In this document: in pieces, positions 9,714 to 19,898 of the stretch
How positions within the stretch are numbered: position 1 is the stretch's first letter
Layout of the letters: the number at the start of each line of letters is the position of its first letter
Assembly: GCA_021824625.1 (NCBI GenBank)
Contig: JAKAKE010000181.1
Location: forward strand, 5,209-69,208
Source of the DNA: Bacteroidota bacterium
GTDB lineage: Bacteria > Bacteroidota > Ignavibacteria > Kapaibacteriales > UBA2268
Direction of reading: 5' to 3'
Length of the DNA stretch: 64,000 nt
Program-made: the position numbers and the translations under genes
Notes under the pieces: generated by a model
Told to the model about the DNA's origin: nothing
Database searches by the model: none
The model's input: only the letters and a program-made list of their open reading frames with translations

Positions 9714-11894
9714 TTAAAGCATCCCTGCTCTTTTTCTGAGGAACCATTCAATACCAAAGCATATGATTGAAATAATTAATAATAGCGGGAGATTCCACAG
9801 TGCTGATTCATTGCGGATTGTCACGCTTTTCGGTTTGAAGTTATTTAATTTTTCCAAATCATTTAAAAAGGATTTAGTTTCATCAGGCAGATAAAATTTT
9901 CCGCCTGTCCTTTCTGATATTGTACGAAGCAGAGAAGAGTTCATTCTCAAATCCTGAAATTCGAGTGCAATTTGTCCGACATTGAATCTTCCTTTATCTG
10001 AACCAAGCTTTCGTCCGTTTTGTTCTGCTGTGCCGGTAAAGAAGTAATCACTCTCGGGTAAACCTTCGAGCTTGCCTGTGTATCTTCCGTTTCCTATGGA
10101 AGTCAAAGTCAAATCACTTTCCTGATTTCCTCCACTTATTTTTACTTGTACATTTGCATTTTCGATTGGAGTATATGCGGCATCATAGATTTGCCCGATG
10201 AACTCGACTGTTTCATTAATGGTATATAGCTTTTTTGTTGTCCTGATAATCACCTGTTTATTGTCATAAGGAGTTGAAAGCCATTTCCTGCTGTTCTCCA
10301 TCAGAATGTTGAACAAGTCTGGAGTTTCGGTTCTTCCTTTTGATGCTTCCGAAGCATAGCCAAGCAGTTTCCATCTGAATAATCCGTAGCCAAGAAATGC
10401 AATTGATTTTTTATTACCGAATGAACGGGTGAGTATGAGAGGTTCTTTTAATGGGGCATTATTCACTTTCAAACCTGATACGATTTCGCTTTCAGGTTTG
10501 ACCTTGACAAATGTTTCTGTTCGAAAAACAGGTGGAAGTTGATTCCACAAATCAATGTCTGTATCTTTTCCGGTAACTCTGAGTAAGGGATTCGAAGCAT
10601 ATTCAGGTTTTACATCAGGCACTGCAAGAAACTCCTGTGGCTTCGATGAAATAGTCGTGAATGGAAGATAATCTTCAATTGTTTTTAATTTATTATAATC
10701 TAAATATTGCGATGCTATGAATAAAAGTGGTTTCCCTCTTTCAAGTTCCTTCTTGATTATTTGCATTACATTCGCAGGTGTCTCGGTAATCGGAAATCCT
10801 ATAAGGACGAGCATTTCTGCGTCTTTCAGGTCAGCTTCGGAAGGCTGCTTGTCATAAAATTCAGAGCCTTTCTTTTGGATGAATGAAATTAATTCAACAC
10901 CTTTTTCGGATAGGAATGAATTTTTTACAAATGAATAATCAGGATTAATTGAACCGGCAAAAATTGCAATTTTTCTTTTATTCTTTAAAACATTTACAAA
11001 CTCATTTGCAGAATTGTTTTTTGTTGTTATTTCATTATTTAGTGTACTGACAACGGTTGTAAGTTTTCTTATTCCTTCCTGTTTCGGAGAATATTCGAAA
11101 ACAGCGGTGAATGATTTTTTGTCAGGATGAACGGTAAATTTTTGTTCTCCGATGGTAGCATCATTATCAAGAAGTTTAAGAGTTAATTCACCTTCATTAT
11201 ATCCGTTTACTTTAACATTCACATTGACAGGGACAGGATTATTGATATAAATATTTTCATTTGTAATGATTGATTGAATTGAGACATCATGCGGTTCGGT
11301 TGAATCTCCGATTCCGATTGTGAAAATTGGTTTTCCGAGAAACTCTGCATCATAAATCGGATTATTACCTGTATTGAAAGCACCGTCAGTTATTAATAAG
11401 ACTGCCTGAATATTTTCTTTCTCAGCATTGGAAGAAACCCATTTCAATGCTTTGGAAATATCTGTCATTTGCCCTTTGAAATTCATTTCCTTAAATGTAA
11501 ATTCATCAGGTGAATAAATATCACTGCTGAAAATTGTTGTTTTTAATTTATCTTTATTTAAAGAAAGAAAATTTGAATTGTCAATCGCCTTAAGAAAACT
11601 AATTTTCCTATCTCCCAAAGCATCCCATTGGCTTACTGAAAGTGAATTATCGAGGAGTACCGCCAGTTTCGGTGCATCCTGAGTTCCCCTGATAATAGTA
11701 AGTATTGGTTCAAATAAAATAAATAATAGAAGAGAGAGTGCAATAGACCTTAATGTAATCAATACTATTTTTCTTGCTGAACTGATTTGGGGAACTGTCG
11801 TACGATAAGAAAATATCGAAAAAGCGACAGCAATTATTATCAATAAAGCAGTGAGCCACCAAGAACCGGATATTCCTAAATAATATGAATTCAT
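9714..11894 (-). CDS. Membrane-anchored VWA-domain protein with CARDB/GATase-like region
   Basis: N-terminal TM pair, MIDAS-like LLDNSLS, TD and LITDG; C-terminal TM ending EWFLRKRAGM. Confidence 0.8.
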   Translation of the reverse strand: MNSYYLGISGSWWLTALLIIIAVAFSIFSYRTTVPQISSARKIVLITLRSIALSLLLFILFEPILTIIRGTQDAPKLAVLLDNSLSVSQWDALGDRKISFLKAIDNSNFLSLNKDKLKTTIFSSDIYSPDEFTFKEMNFKGQMTDISKALKWVSSNAEKENIQAVLLITDGAFNTGNNPIYDAEFLGKPIFTIGIGDSTEPHDVSIQSIITNENIYINNPVPVNVNVKVNGYNEGELTLKLLDNDATIGEQKFTVHPDKKSFTAVFEYSPKQEGIRKLTTVVSTLNNEITTKNNSANEFVNVLKNKRKIAIFAGSINPDYSFVKNSFLSEKGVELISFIQKKGSEFYDKQPSEADLKDAEMLVLIGFPITETPANVMQIIKKELERGKPLLFIASQYLDYNKLKTIEDYLPFTTISSKPQEFLAVPDVKPEYASNPLLRVTGKDTDIDLWNQLPPVFRTETFVKVKPESEIVSGLKVNNAPLKEPLILTRSFGNKKSIAFLGYGLFRWKLLGYASEASKGRTETPDLFNILMENSRKWLSTPYDNKQVIIRTTKKLYTINETVEFIGQIYDAAYTPIENANVQVKISGGNQESDLTLTSIGNGRYTGKLEGLPESDYFFTGTAEQNGRKLGSDKGRFNVGQIALEFQDLRMNSSLLRTISERTGGKFYLPDETKSFLNDLEKLNNFKPKSVTIRNESALWNLPLLLIISIICFGIEWFLRKRAGML

Positions 11895-11903
11895 TAAATT
11901 TTA

Positions 11904-12623
11904 TTATCTCATTGGTACTTCAATTATAAGCAATTCTGCTTTCCCGACAGCTTTGATTTTTAATTCGGAAATATCATAAATCGAGATTGAATCACGCTTT
12001 TCCAATGTTTCTCCAGATGATTCAATCTTACCTTTTGTTAACATTATAAAAACACCGTTTTCAGGATTATTTAATTTATATTCTAATTCAAGGTTGTCAT
12101 CTAAATCTGCTATACTAATGTAAGCGTCCTGATTTATCCATAAAGTATCATCAGATTTTTCTGGAGAAACAAGTAACTGAAATTTATTTTTTCTTAGTGA
12201 AGTATCGAACAATTTTTGGTCATAACTTGGCTTAATATCTTTTTCCTTAGGGAAAATCCAAATCTGGTAAAGGATTGCCGGTTCTTTTTCCGAGTTGTTA
12301 AATTCCGAATGCCAAATGCCGGTTCCTGCAGACATAATCTGCACCTCTCCGGGTTTAATTGTCTGAGTGTGTTCTTCACTGTCGGTATGCCTTAATTCAC
12401 CTGAAAGAGGTATTGTGATAATTTCCATATTATCATGTGGATGCAAACCGAAACCTGAAGCAGGAGCGATAGTATCATCATTCAGGACTCTTAGCTTTCC
12501 GAAGTGAATTCTTTTATCATCGAAATACCCGGAAAAGCTGAATGAGTGGTAAGTTTTGAGCCACCCGTAATCGAAAAAACCTCTTGTATCATTTCTATAT
12601 ATTTCTTTTTTCATTGATTTCAT
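11904..12623 (-). CDS. Pirin family protein (YhhW-like)
   Basis: GWLKTYHSFSF, LRVLNDD, GFGLHPHDNMEI, MSAGTGIWHSE, QIWI. Confidence 0.95.
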   Translation of the reverse strand: MKSMKKEIYRNDTRGFFDYGWLKTYHSFSFSGYFDDKRIHFGKLRVLNDDTIAPASGFGLHPHDNMEIITIPLSGELRHTDSEEHTQTIKPGEVQIMSAGTGIWHSEFNNSEKEPAILYQIWIFPKEKDIKPSYDQKLFDTSLRKNKFQLLVSPEKSDDTLWINQDAYISIADLDDNLELEYKLNNPENGVFIMLTKGKIESSGETLEKRDSISIYDISELKIKAVGKAELLIIEVPMR

Positions 12624-12734
12624 TTTAAAGTGTTTATAAATCTGAACGAATAACGATTAAGCAGATTAAAGATTTTTATTTGGGCTGATGATAGGCTGGG
12701 TATATTGGGATTTTACCAAGTGAAATAAATTGGT

Positions 12735-12742
12735 TATTTTTG
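12735..12742 (+). promoter_or_regulatory. Bacteroidota-type -7 promoter element (TAnnTTTG)
   Basis: TATTTTTG 11 nt before tRNA-Pro. Confidence 0.6.
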
Positions 12743-12752
12743 TATAATATTT

Positions 12753-12826
12753 CGGGGTGTAGCTCAGCCCGGTAGAGTACTACGTTCGGGACGTAGGAGC
12801 CGGAGGTTCAAATCCTCTCACCCCGA
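12753..12826 (+). tRNA. tRNA-Pro (anticodon CGG)
   Basis: Acceptor cggggtg/caccccg, D arm, anticodon stem ctacg-ttCGGga-cgtag, T loop ggttcaaatcc; CCA not encoded. Confidence 0.97.
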
Positions 12827-12890
12827 CATATCTTTCAGCTAACTTAAATGGTTATTTCCTTGCACAACCTTTACTCAACAATTTGTTGTT

Positions 12891-13373
12891 TTATATTGAT
12901 TTTCGGTTATTGTATTCGGTTTTAAATGCTTCGATAGCTTCATCCAGAGGCTTTTTTAAAATTTCAGAAAATTTCTGTGCCTCACGGACATTATTCTGAT
13001 AACGAATCGCCCTGTCAAGTGTGAAAATTATTTGCTCTTTTTTAAAAGGTTTTGTTATATAATCGTAAACACCTTGCGAAAGTGCTTCCATAGCGGTTTC
13101 AAGCGAGCCGAATGCCGTGATGATAATTACCTGCTCAAATCGCTTATTGTCTTTGACATACTTTAATATATCGAGTCCGTCCATACCCGGCATTTTGAGG
13201 TCGGTAATTATTATATCATACTCATTTTGTTCGAGCAGATTCGGTACTTCGAGTGAATTATTAGTAACAGTAATTTGATAAGGAGTTTTTTCCCGAATAA
13301 TTCTTTCAAGAAGTCGGAGTAAATCCGGTTCGTCGTCTATTGCAAGGATGTTTTGTTTCATTTTATTCACCAT
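12891..13373 (-). CDS. Response regulator (receiver domain with short tail)
   Basis: ILAIDDE, IITDLKMPGMDG, IITAFG, YITKPF. Confidence 0.93.
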   Translation of the reverse strand: MVNKMKQNILAIDDEPDLLRLLERIIREKTPYQITVTNNSLEVPNLLEQNEYDIIITDLKMPGMDGLDILKYVKDNKRFEQVIIITAFGSLETAMEALSQGVYDYITKPFKKEQIIFTLDRAIRYQNNVREAQKFSEILKKPLDEAIEAFKTEYNNRKSI

Positions 13374-13381
13374 TATAATAG

Positions 13382-15538
13382 TTATTCATTTTCTATTTTT
13401 GGTATTGTAATTATAAAAGTTGTACCTGTCTGATTACCGGGATAATCTTCATCAGAAAAGCTTCTAAAATTAATTTTTCCACCGAATTTTGCAATTATTC
13501 CATAGCACAAAGATAAACCCAAACCAGTGCCTTCTCCAACTTTTTTTGTAGTAAAGAAGGGGTCGAAGATTTTCTGTTTTATTCTGTTTGGTATTCCTTC
13601 GCCGGTATCAGATATTTCAACAATAACATTTTGTCCTTCTTCAAATGCATTGATGACGATTGTTCCTCCACCTTCTTTTTTCATAGCTGAAACAGAATTA
13701 TTAATCAGATTGAAAATTACTTGCTGGAATTCACGCGAGTCTCCCCTGATTTTTGGTAGATTTTCCGGAATATTTATATTCAAACTAATTTTTGATGTAA
13801 ATAGAGTATTTTTTACTATTGTACCAACCGTTTCAATGCATGCTTTCGCATCAGTATTATCTTCCAGTCCTTCTGTAATTCGTGCGAAACCTAAAAGATT
13901 CTCGACAATCTTTTTAGCATGATTCACATTCGACTCGATAGTTTTCAGGTCTTTGTAGGTCTGTGAATCGGGTGGAAAGTTATCTACAAGCAAGTCCGTA
14001 AAGCCAAGTATAACTGCAAGAGGATTATTTATTTCATGTGCGACACCTGCCGCAAGCGTGCCAATTGAAGCAAGTTTTTCGGTGTTGTACATCATATTTT
14101 CAAGCTCTCTTTTCTTGGTTTCGTCTCTTACAATAATCGAATAGCCGAGAATTTCACTCTTTAGAGAACTGATAAGTGTTTTGGAGATATTAACCATTAC
14201 TTTTTTGCCGGACTTAGTTACTCTTTCGGCAATGTAATTAGAAATATAACCATTTTTTATTACCAATTCATTAATTTGGTCAAGTTCCTCATCTGCGTCA
14301 ATTTCGGAAGGTATTAATCTGCGGAAAGAATGTCCAATCATTTCATCTGAAGTAAATTCAAAAATCTTTTCAGCACCTTTATTCCATACACGTACTAAAT
14401 TATCTTTACCGGTGAAAATGATAGCATCGAGGGAGTTTTCTAATATGCTTGAAATTATTTCCTGCTGTTCTGTTACACGTTCCTTTAAACCTTCAGATAT
14501 TTTTCTTTGGTAAGCCGCAAAGAAAAAAGCAAACAGGATCATACCGGCTGCAATAAATAATTCTGCTCCGAGATGTCTCATGTATGCTTTATCTATAGCC
14601 TCTGCGACTTCACTTATTGGAGCGACTACGGCAATAGACCAAACCCTGCCTTTGAGTGCAGTATTTTTTATTGGTGTAAAGGCAATAAGTTTAATAATTT
14701 TCCCTTTCATATTCCTATGCCACCAGCTTTCGTAAATTCCTGTGCCTTCCTCTCCTTTCATCATCTTATCCTTCATAATGATATTAATCTGGCTGAAGTT
14801 TACATAAGGCTTTTTTCCACGACGTGCCTCGAAAATATTTCTTCCAATAAATCCACTTTCAGGATGATATAAAGCTGTTGCATTTTCATCAATAACCCAA
14901 GCATAACCTGTTTTACCTGACCTGACATTTCCAATTATCTTCCTGAACAATTGTGATAATTCAAGTCTTGTAAACAGCATTCCCGTAAGCCTTCCATTTG
15001 TTCTTAATGGTATTGTGATATCACTGATAATAAAAATTTTTCCGGTGGAGTCTTGATGGACTGAGAGTGGTGAAAAGGTCATTCTCTCACTATGATTATT
15101 TATATCATCAATTTTAATTTTTGACAAATCAAGGTTAGGAAAGCTGCCATGATTGTAATATTCAACAAGCTTACCTTGTGAATTCAATAATCCAATGTCA
15201 ATTATTCCCATATCTGCGTTTTGTTTTAGAACGCTCACCATAGCCTCCTTGCGGATTTTTCCTTCGGTATCTTCGGCAAACCATTTTAGGCTTTTCAGTT
15301 GTATCTCAAGATTGTTCAGAAACAGCTCGAACTGTGCTGATGACTGCCTTGCAAGAATAAGCTGCTGCTGGTTGAAGTCGTCGTTTATTTGTTTTTTGAT
15401 TGCTTCGGAATCGAGATAAATAAGATAAATTGCTATCCCAAAAATAATGAAGAATAAAATTGAAATCAGAAACGGCGTAAATTTTTTTCTGAAAAAAAAG
15501 TTACTTATTCTGTCAACAATCATTAGGAAATTTTTCAT
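13382..15538 (-). CDS. Cache + PAS sensor histidine kinase (NtrB-like)
   Basis: Two TM helices around a Cache domain (GYAWVID..ALYHP), PAS, EKLASIGTLAAGVAHEINNPL, FFTTKKVGEGTGLGL. Confidence 0.93.
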   Translation of the reverse strand: MKNFLMIVDRISNFFFRKKFTPFLISILFFIIFGIAIYLIYLDSEAIKKQINDDFNQQQLILARQSSAQFELFLNNLEIQLKSLKWFAEDTEGKIRKEAMVSVLKQNADMGIIDIGLLNSQGKLVEYYNHGSFPNLDLSKIKIDDINNHSERMTFSPLSVHQDSTGKIFIISDITIPLRTNGRLTGMLFTRLELSQLFRKIIGNVRSGKTGYAWVIDENATALYHPESGFIGRNIFEARRGKKPYVNFSQINIIMKDKMMKGEEGTGIYESWWHRNMKGKIIKLIAFTPIKNTALKGRVWSIAVVAPISEVAEAIDKAYMRHLGAELFIAAGMILFAFFFAAYQRKISEGLKERVTEQQEIISSILENSLDAIIFTGKDNLVRVWNKGAEKIFEFTSDEMIGHSFRRLIPSEIDADEELDQINELVIKNGYISNYIAERVTKSGKKVMVNISKTLISSLKSEILGYSIIVRDETKKRELENMMYNTEKLASIGTLAAGVAHEINNPLAVILGFTDLLVDNFPPDSQTYKDLKTIESNVNHAKKIVENLLGFARITEGLEDNTDAKACIETVGTIVKNTLFTSKISLNINIPENLPKIRGDSREFQQVIFNLINNSVSAMKKEGGGTIVINAFEEGQNVIVEISDTGEGIPNRIKQKIFDPFFTTKKVGEGTGLGLSLCYGIIAKFGGKINFRSFSDEDYPGNQTGTTFIITIPKIENE

Positions 15539-15545
15539 TTTACGC

Positions 15546-18104
15546 CTATGTCATTTTAATTTTTTCAAGTATGTCTTTTTTATAAGATTCCATTTCATAA
15601 TCATCGCTCAGTGCCATGTCAAGCTGCTTTGTCAGCATCGTGAGCTGTCCAAGGGCAAACAACCTGTTTTGCAAAATATCTTTTTGAAGATATGAAATTT
15701 CCGATTCAAAGGCATCGCCTTTACTACTACATTCAAAACCAAGTTTACTCAGAATTGATTCAAGCAGCTTAATTCTCCTCAGTCTTCTTTCAAAAGTTGC
15801 TCCACCTTCTTTGAACCTAAGTCTTATAAAATTTTTATTTGGTATTTCGGTACACATCGCCTCAATTGTCGAGAAGTGATAACCCATCCTTAATGACAGT
15901 ACCATATATTCTTTTGAACAAATCACATAACTTTTCTCAGCGAATCCCGATTTTTTTTGGGTTGTCAAATCAGTTGCCATCACTGTCATAAAGCTTTTCA
16001 TGTCCGGTGCAGCAGGTGGCAATGTCCACCCAATATTTTCAATACCCTCCCAAAATGATTCGAATGGTACGGAGTTAATATTTTCAAATGCGATATTTCT
16101 TTTTTTATTGGTCAGATATGATTCATCAATCGAAATAATATCCACAGGTAATGGGATATCACTTTTCAAATGGTAAGGGATAGTTTCACCTTTAAAGTTT
16201 TTAGCACTTGAAAACATTTCTTCGATTGCTTTTTGATGAGCAAACCTTAGAATATCGTGAACCGTTTTACAATTCTCAATAATGAAATCCGGGGAGCGTG
16301 AATCAGTCAGATTGATTGGTGCAATTTTACCGGATATTTTTTCAAGAATATTAAATGAAGTAATATCATATTCAAAGTCGTTATCGGGTTTTAATGCGTC
16401 TGCTAATTCAGGGATTGAATCTTTATAAATTATGCAATTTGCTGCATCAACTGTTACGATAGTTCCATTTACAAGTTTTTCGATTTCATTAAAACCAACA
16501 ATTGTCGGAATTCTGTATTCACGAGCTATTGTTATCAGGTGGCTTGCAACACCACCCACTTTTGTTATTAAAGCAGAGGCACGGCTTAATGCCGTTATTA
16601 AGCCCGGGAACGGATACTCGGCAACAATGACTGCAGATTCAGGTACTGACTCGAGGTCATTTGTGTTTTTAACATGGTGAACAGTACCAATACCTGCTCC
16701 GGGAGAGGCTGTAGTGCCGGATTTTGTGATGAAATTAAAGTTTGATGTATCAATTGATTCTTTTAATAATTTCTTTTTTATAACATTTAATGGACGTGTT
16801 TGTAAAATGTATTGATTATTGTTTTCATCAATTGCCCATTCAATATCCTGAGGGCAACCGTAATGCTCCTCGATTTTAATCGCCAATTCTGCTAATTTTC
16901 TGATTTCTTCATTATTGGCAGATAAATCATTTCTATTGGATTCTGGTATTTCCTGAATGGAAACATCTCCATCTTTATTCAAAATTAACTTCTTTTCCTT
17001 GTAAGCAGGTATATCTCCAACTATTTCATAGTTCGATTTGGATACAATAAACTGGTCGGGAGTTATTGTGCCATCTACAAGAAGTTTCCCAATGCCAAAT
17101 ATAGAATTTATCAATAAATTATTATCATCAGGATTGACTGGGTTGGATGTGTAAATCACACCACTTGAACGAGCATTTACCATTGATACACAACCGATAC
17201 TCATAGCTAAATCCGATTCGGCAAGTTCATGACTAAGGTAATAATAAATTGCTTTAGGACTGAATTTACTTGCAATCACTTTCAGATATGCTCCAATCAG
17301 GTTTTCCTTTTTGACACCAAGGCAAGTTGAGTACTGCCCTGCAAAACTTAACTTTGAGTCTTCACCGATAGCACTTGAACGAACCGAGACAAGATTTTGA
17401 ATTGGAGATGCACCGACTTCGCTCAGCGTAACAGATTCCATTAAATTGTCATGAGAATTTAAAATAGTTTGGGATAAGTCCTCCGGAATTTCTGAATTTA
17501 ATATCAAGGAAGAAATATCATTACTGATTTTTTCAAGCCCGCTATAATTTTTAATATCTACATTTTTCAGAATATTAGTGATTTTATTTTGCAGGTCATT
17601 CGAATCGAGAAAATATTTGTATGCCCAGGCCGACACAGCGAATCCGTCAGGAACAGGTATATTCAGTATATTTCTTAATTCACCGAGTTGTGCATTTTTA
17701 CTTCCAACACTTGACGACTTATTTTTATCTAACTGTGAAAATGGGATTGTGAACTCATCCTTGGGAATTACTGACTTTTCAGATAACTCATTGAGAATTT
17801 CTTTTTGAATATTTTTAAATTTCTCTCCCAGACTTTCATATTCTTTTCCACCAAGTTCAATAAGATGAGCAATAAGGCTTTCAAGAATTTTATTAAGATT
17901 TTCAATTGAATTGTTTATATAGTTTATATCATATATAAATTCACCGGTTGTCTTTTCTTCAATATCACTAATGATTTTTAATGCCTGGTTATTGGATTCG
18001 AGAACGGACATGAAAGCATCGAATTTTTCAATAAGAACAAAAGGCTGATTAGAAACAGCTTTTTCATTTTTTGTTTTATTAAAAATATTATGAAAAATAT
18101 TCAT
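15546..18104 (-). CDS. PEP-synthase/pyruvate-water-dikinase-like protein (ATP-grasp + His swivel + atypical C-terminal domain)
   Basis: VGSKNAQLGEL, VRSSAIGED..SFAGQY, PQDIEWA, LQTRPL, GGVASHLITIAREY; ATG at 18104. Confidence 0.9.
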   Translation of the reverse strand: MNIFHNIFNKTKNEKAVSNQPFVLIEKFDAFMSVLESNNQALKIISDIEEKTTGEFIYDINYINNSIENLNKILESLIAHLIELGGKEYESLGEKFKNIQKEILNELSEKSVIPKDEFTIPFSQLDKNKSSSVGSKNAQLGELRNILNIPVPDGFAVSAWAYKYFLDSNDLQNKITNILKNVDIKNYSGLEKISNDISSLILNSEIPEDLSQTILNSHDNLMESVTLSEVGASPIQNLVSVRSSAIGEDSKLSFAGQYSTCLGVKKENLIGAYLKVIASKFSPKAIYYYLSHELAESDLAMSIGCVSMVNARSSGVIYTSNPVNPDDNNLLINSIFGIGKLLVDGTITPDQFIVSKSNYEIVGDIPAYKEKKLILNKDGDVSIQEIPESNRNDLSANNEEIRKLAELAIKIEEHYGCPQDIEWAIDENNNQYILQTRPLNVIKKKLLKESIDTSNFNFITKSGTTASPGAGIGTVHHVKNTNDLESVPESAVIVAEYPFPGLITALSRASALITKVGGVASHLITIAREYRIPTIVGFNEIEKLVNGTIVTVDAANCIIYKDSIPELADALKPDNDFEYDITSFNILEKISGKIAPINLTDSRSPDFIIENCKTVHDILRFAHQKAIEEMFSSAKNFKGETIPYHLKSDIPLPVDIISIDESYLTNKKRNIAFENINSVPFESFWEGIENIGWTLPPAAPDMKSFMTVMATDLTTQKKSGFAEKSYVICSKEYMVLSLRMGYHFSTIEAMCTEIPNKNFIRLRFKEGGATFERRLRRIKLLESILSKLGFECSSKGDAFESEISYLQKDILQNRLFALGQLTMLTKQLDMALSDDYEMESYKKDILEKIKMT

Positions 18105-18341
18105 AACAATTAAAACCAATTATAAAATACAATACTAAAATAACAATTATTTGTTGAGTGTAATCCAATAGTAAGTTGTATTTATAATAAAATATATTAA
18201 TTAAGTCTATAAAGTTTGATTTCATAATTGCTTAGTAATGCAACACATAAATTACATTTGGACTTTTAAACTTTAATAAACAGAAATCATTAGTTAATTT
18301 TTTTTCAATTAAAATGCTTTTTTACTAAAAGAAGGTGTTGA

Positions 18342-18623
18342 ATGTTTAAAAAATTAATTAGCCGTTGCCTTCTGTTATTATGCTTCTTAGCCGCAAATAC
18401 CGGTAATTTGTTTGCCGAAGGCAAACCTGCAACCGAACTGAACAAAACTGTGAAAGTCGAAGGGTTAACCGGATTGAATCTTTTTTTGGCACAAACTTAC
18501 AATAGCAACAGATTGCTTTTTGCAGTCATCTCGACTGGAGTGATTGTGATTCTTGGTGTAATTGTTACATACATTGTAAGCCTGTTCATCAAGCCCGCAG
18601 GGCATACACATAAAGAAGAATAA
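18342..18623 (+). CDS. Small signal-peptide + single-TM protein, DVU0150-like partner of TauE
   Basis: RBS aagg; GLTGLNLFLAQTYNSNRLLFAV..GVI; directly upstream of TauE. Family call from recall. Confidence 0.7.
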   Translation: MFKKLISRCLLLLCFLAANTGNLFAEGKPATELNKTVKVEGLTGLNLFLAQTYNSNRLLFAVISTGVIVILGVIVTYIVSLFIKPAGHTHKEE

Positions 18624-18646
18624 AAAAAATAAATAACGGAGAAAAC

Positions 18647-19750
18647 ATGGATATTTTTAACATTTATCTTCCAATTGCCGAAATTCAATTCAATGTAATT
18701 TTGCTGTTTGTATTAGGATTTTGTGTTGGGGTATTAGGTGGTTTTTTTGGAGTTGGTGGGGGGTGGATTGTTACTCCAACTTTAAATATATTTGGATTTC
18801 CGATGGATTTTGCTATCGGAACTGATATTACATATATTTTTGGGACATCTATTGTATCGACGAAAATTCACAGCGGACTTGGAAATATTGACTGGAAGCT
18901 GGGAATATTTTCAATTGTCAGTTCTGTAATTGGAGTAGAAGTCGGTGCCCAACTAATAATGTATCTTGGAAAAACTTATGGCATTGAAGGCTTAGATTCT
19001 ATTGTCCGATGGAGTTTTATTACACTTCTGATATTTTTGGGTGGTTTTATGCTTTATGACTATTTCGTAGTACAGAAAAGATTGTCCGAAGAAGAAAGAA
19101 AAGCGGATGACCCCATGCAAACACACATATCCAAGATTCAAAAAAAGAAAAAAGTGGCTCTTCCGATTCGATTACAAAATATAAGGTTATTCCCAATGGT
19201 TTCATTCAAAACTTCGGGAATAAAATCTGTTTCGTTCTGGATTGTATTTGTTATTTTCTTTGTAGCCGGAGTATTACAGGGATTTCTCGGTGTCGGCGGA
19301 GGTTTTATCAAGATGCCGGCAATGATTTATCTATTGGGAGTACCTACGGTGATTGCCGTTGGAACTGACTTATTCAATGTGTTAATAACCTCCATCTATG
19401 GCGGTTTCACTTATGCCATTAAAGGCAGAGTGGAACTCATTGCTGCTGTAATCATGTTTTTTGGTGGTGCATTCGGTGCGATATTTGGTTCTACTGCAAC
19501 AAAATATGTAAGAGGATATGGTATTAGGTTATTATTTGCTATTATGATTATAGTTGCAGGAGGTTCTGTTGTTATTAAACAACTTGAAAAGCCACTGCAC
19601 ATGCCTATTTTAAATGATATTTCAGGTTATCTTGTTGTTGGTGCCGCAATACTGATGACATCTATAGTATTATGGAAATTAGTTGTAAGTTATTATCAAT
19701 TAAAAAAATCAGAAATGGGATTTGACCCTGATTCAATTGGTAAACACTAA
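18647..19750 (+). CDS. TauE/SafE (TSUP) family transporter
   Basis: Duplicated GGFFGVGGG / QGFLGVGGG and AIGTD / AVGTD motifs; hydrophobic. Confidence 0.92.
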   Translation: MDIFNIYLPIAEIQFNVILLFVLGFCVGVLGGFFGVGGGWIVTPTLNIFGFPMDFAIGTDITYIFGTSIVSTKIHSGLGNIDWKLGIFSIVSSVIGVEVGAQLIMYLGKTYGIEGLDSIVRWSFITLLIFLGGFMLYDYFVVQKRLSEEERKADDPMQTHISKIQKKKKVALPIRLQNIRLFPMVSFKTSGIKSVSFWIVFVIFFVAGVLQGFLGVGGGFIKMPAMIYLLGVPTVIAVGTDLFNVLITSIYGGFTYAIKGRVELIAAVIMFFGGAFGAIFGSTATKYVRGYGIRLLFAIMIIVAGGSVVIKQLEKPLHMPILNDISGYLVVGAAILMTSIVLWKLVVSYYQLKKSEMGFDPDSIGKH

Positions 19751-19785
19751 GTTGAGTGTTGAATGTTGAATGTTGAGTGCTGAAT
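19751..19785. repeat. 7-bp tandem repeat x5
   Basis: gttgagt gttgaat gttgaat gttgagt gctgaat immediately after the TauE stop. Confidence 0.75.
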
Positions 19786-19829
19786 TGACAATTGCAAATA
19801 TCATTTGGTGAAACAACAATAAAAATAAT

Positions 19830-19865
19830 AAAGCCGCCTCAAGATAGGGTGGCTTTTTTCTTTTT
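19830..19865 (+). terminator. Rho-independent terminator
   Basis: aagccgcct...gggtggctt stem plus T run. Confidence 0.75.
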
Positions 19866-19898
19866 GATTGATAAGTACGTTTATGTTATTTTGGTTTT

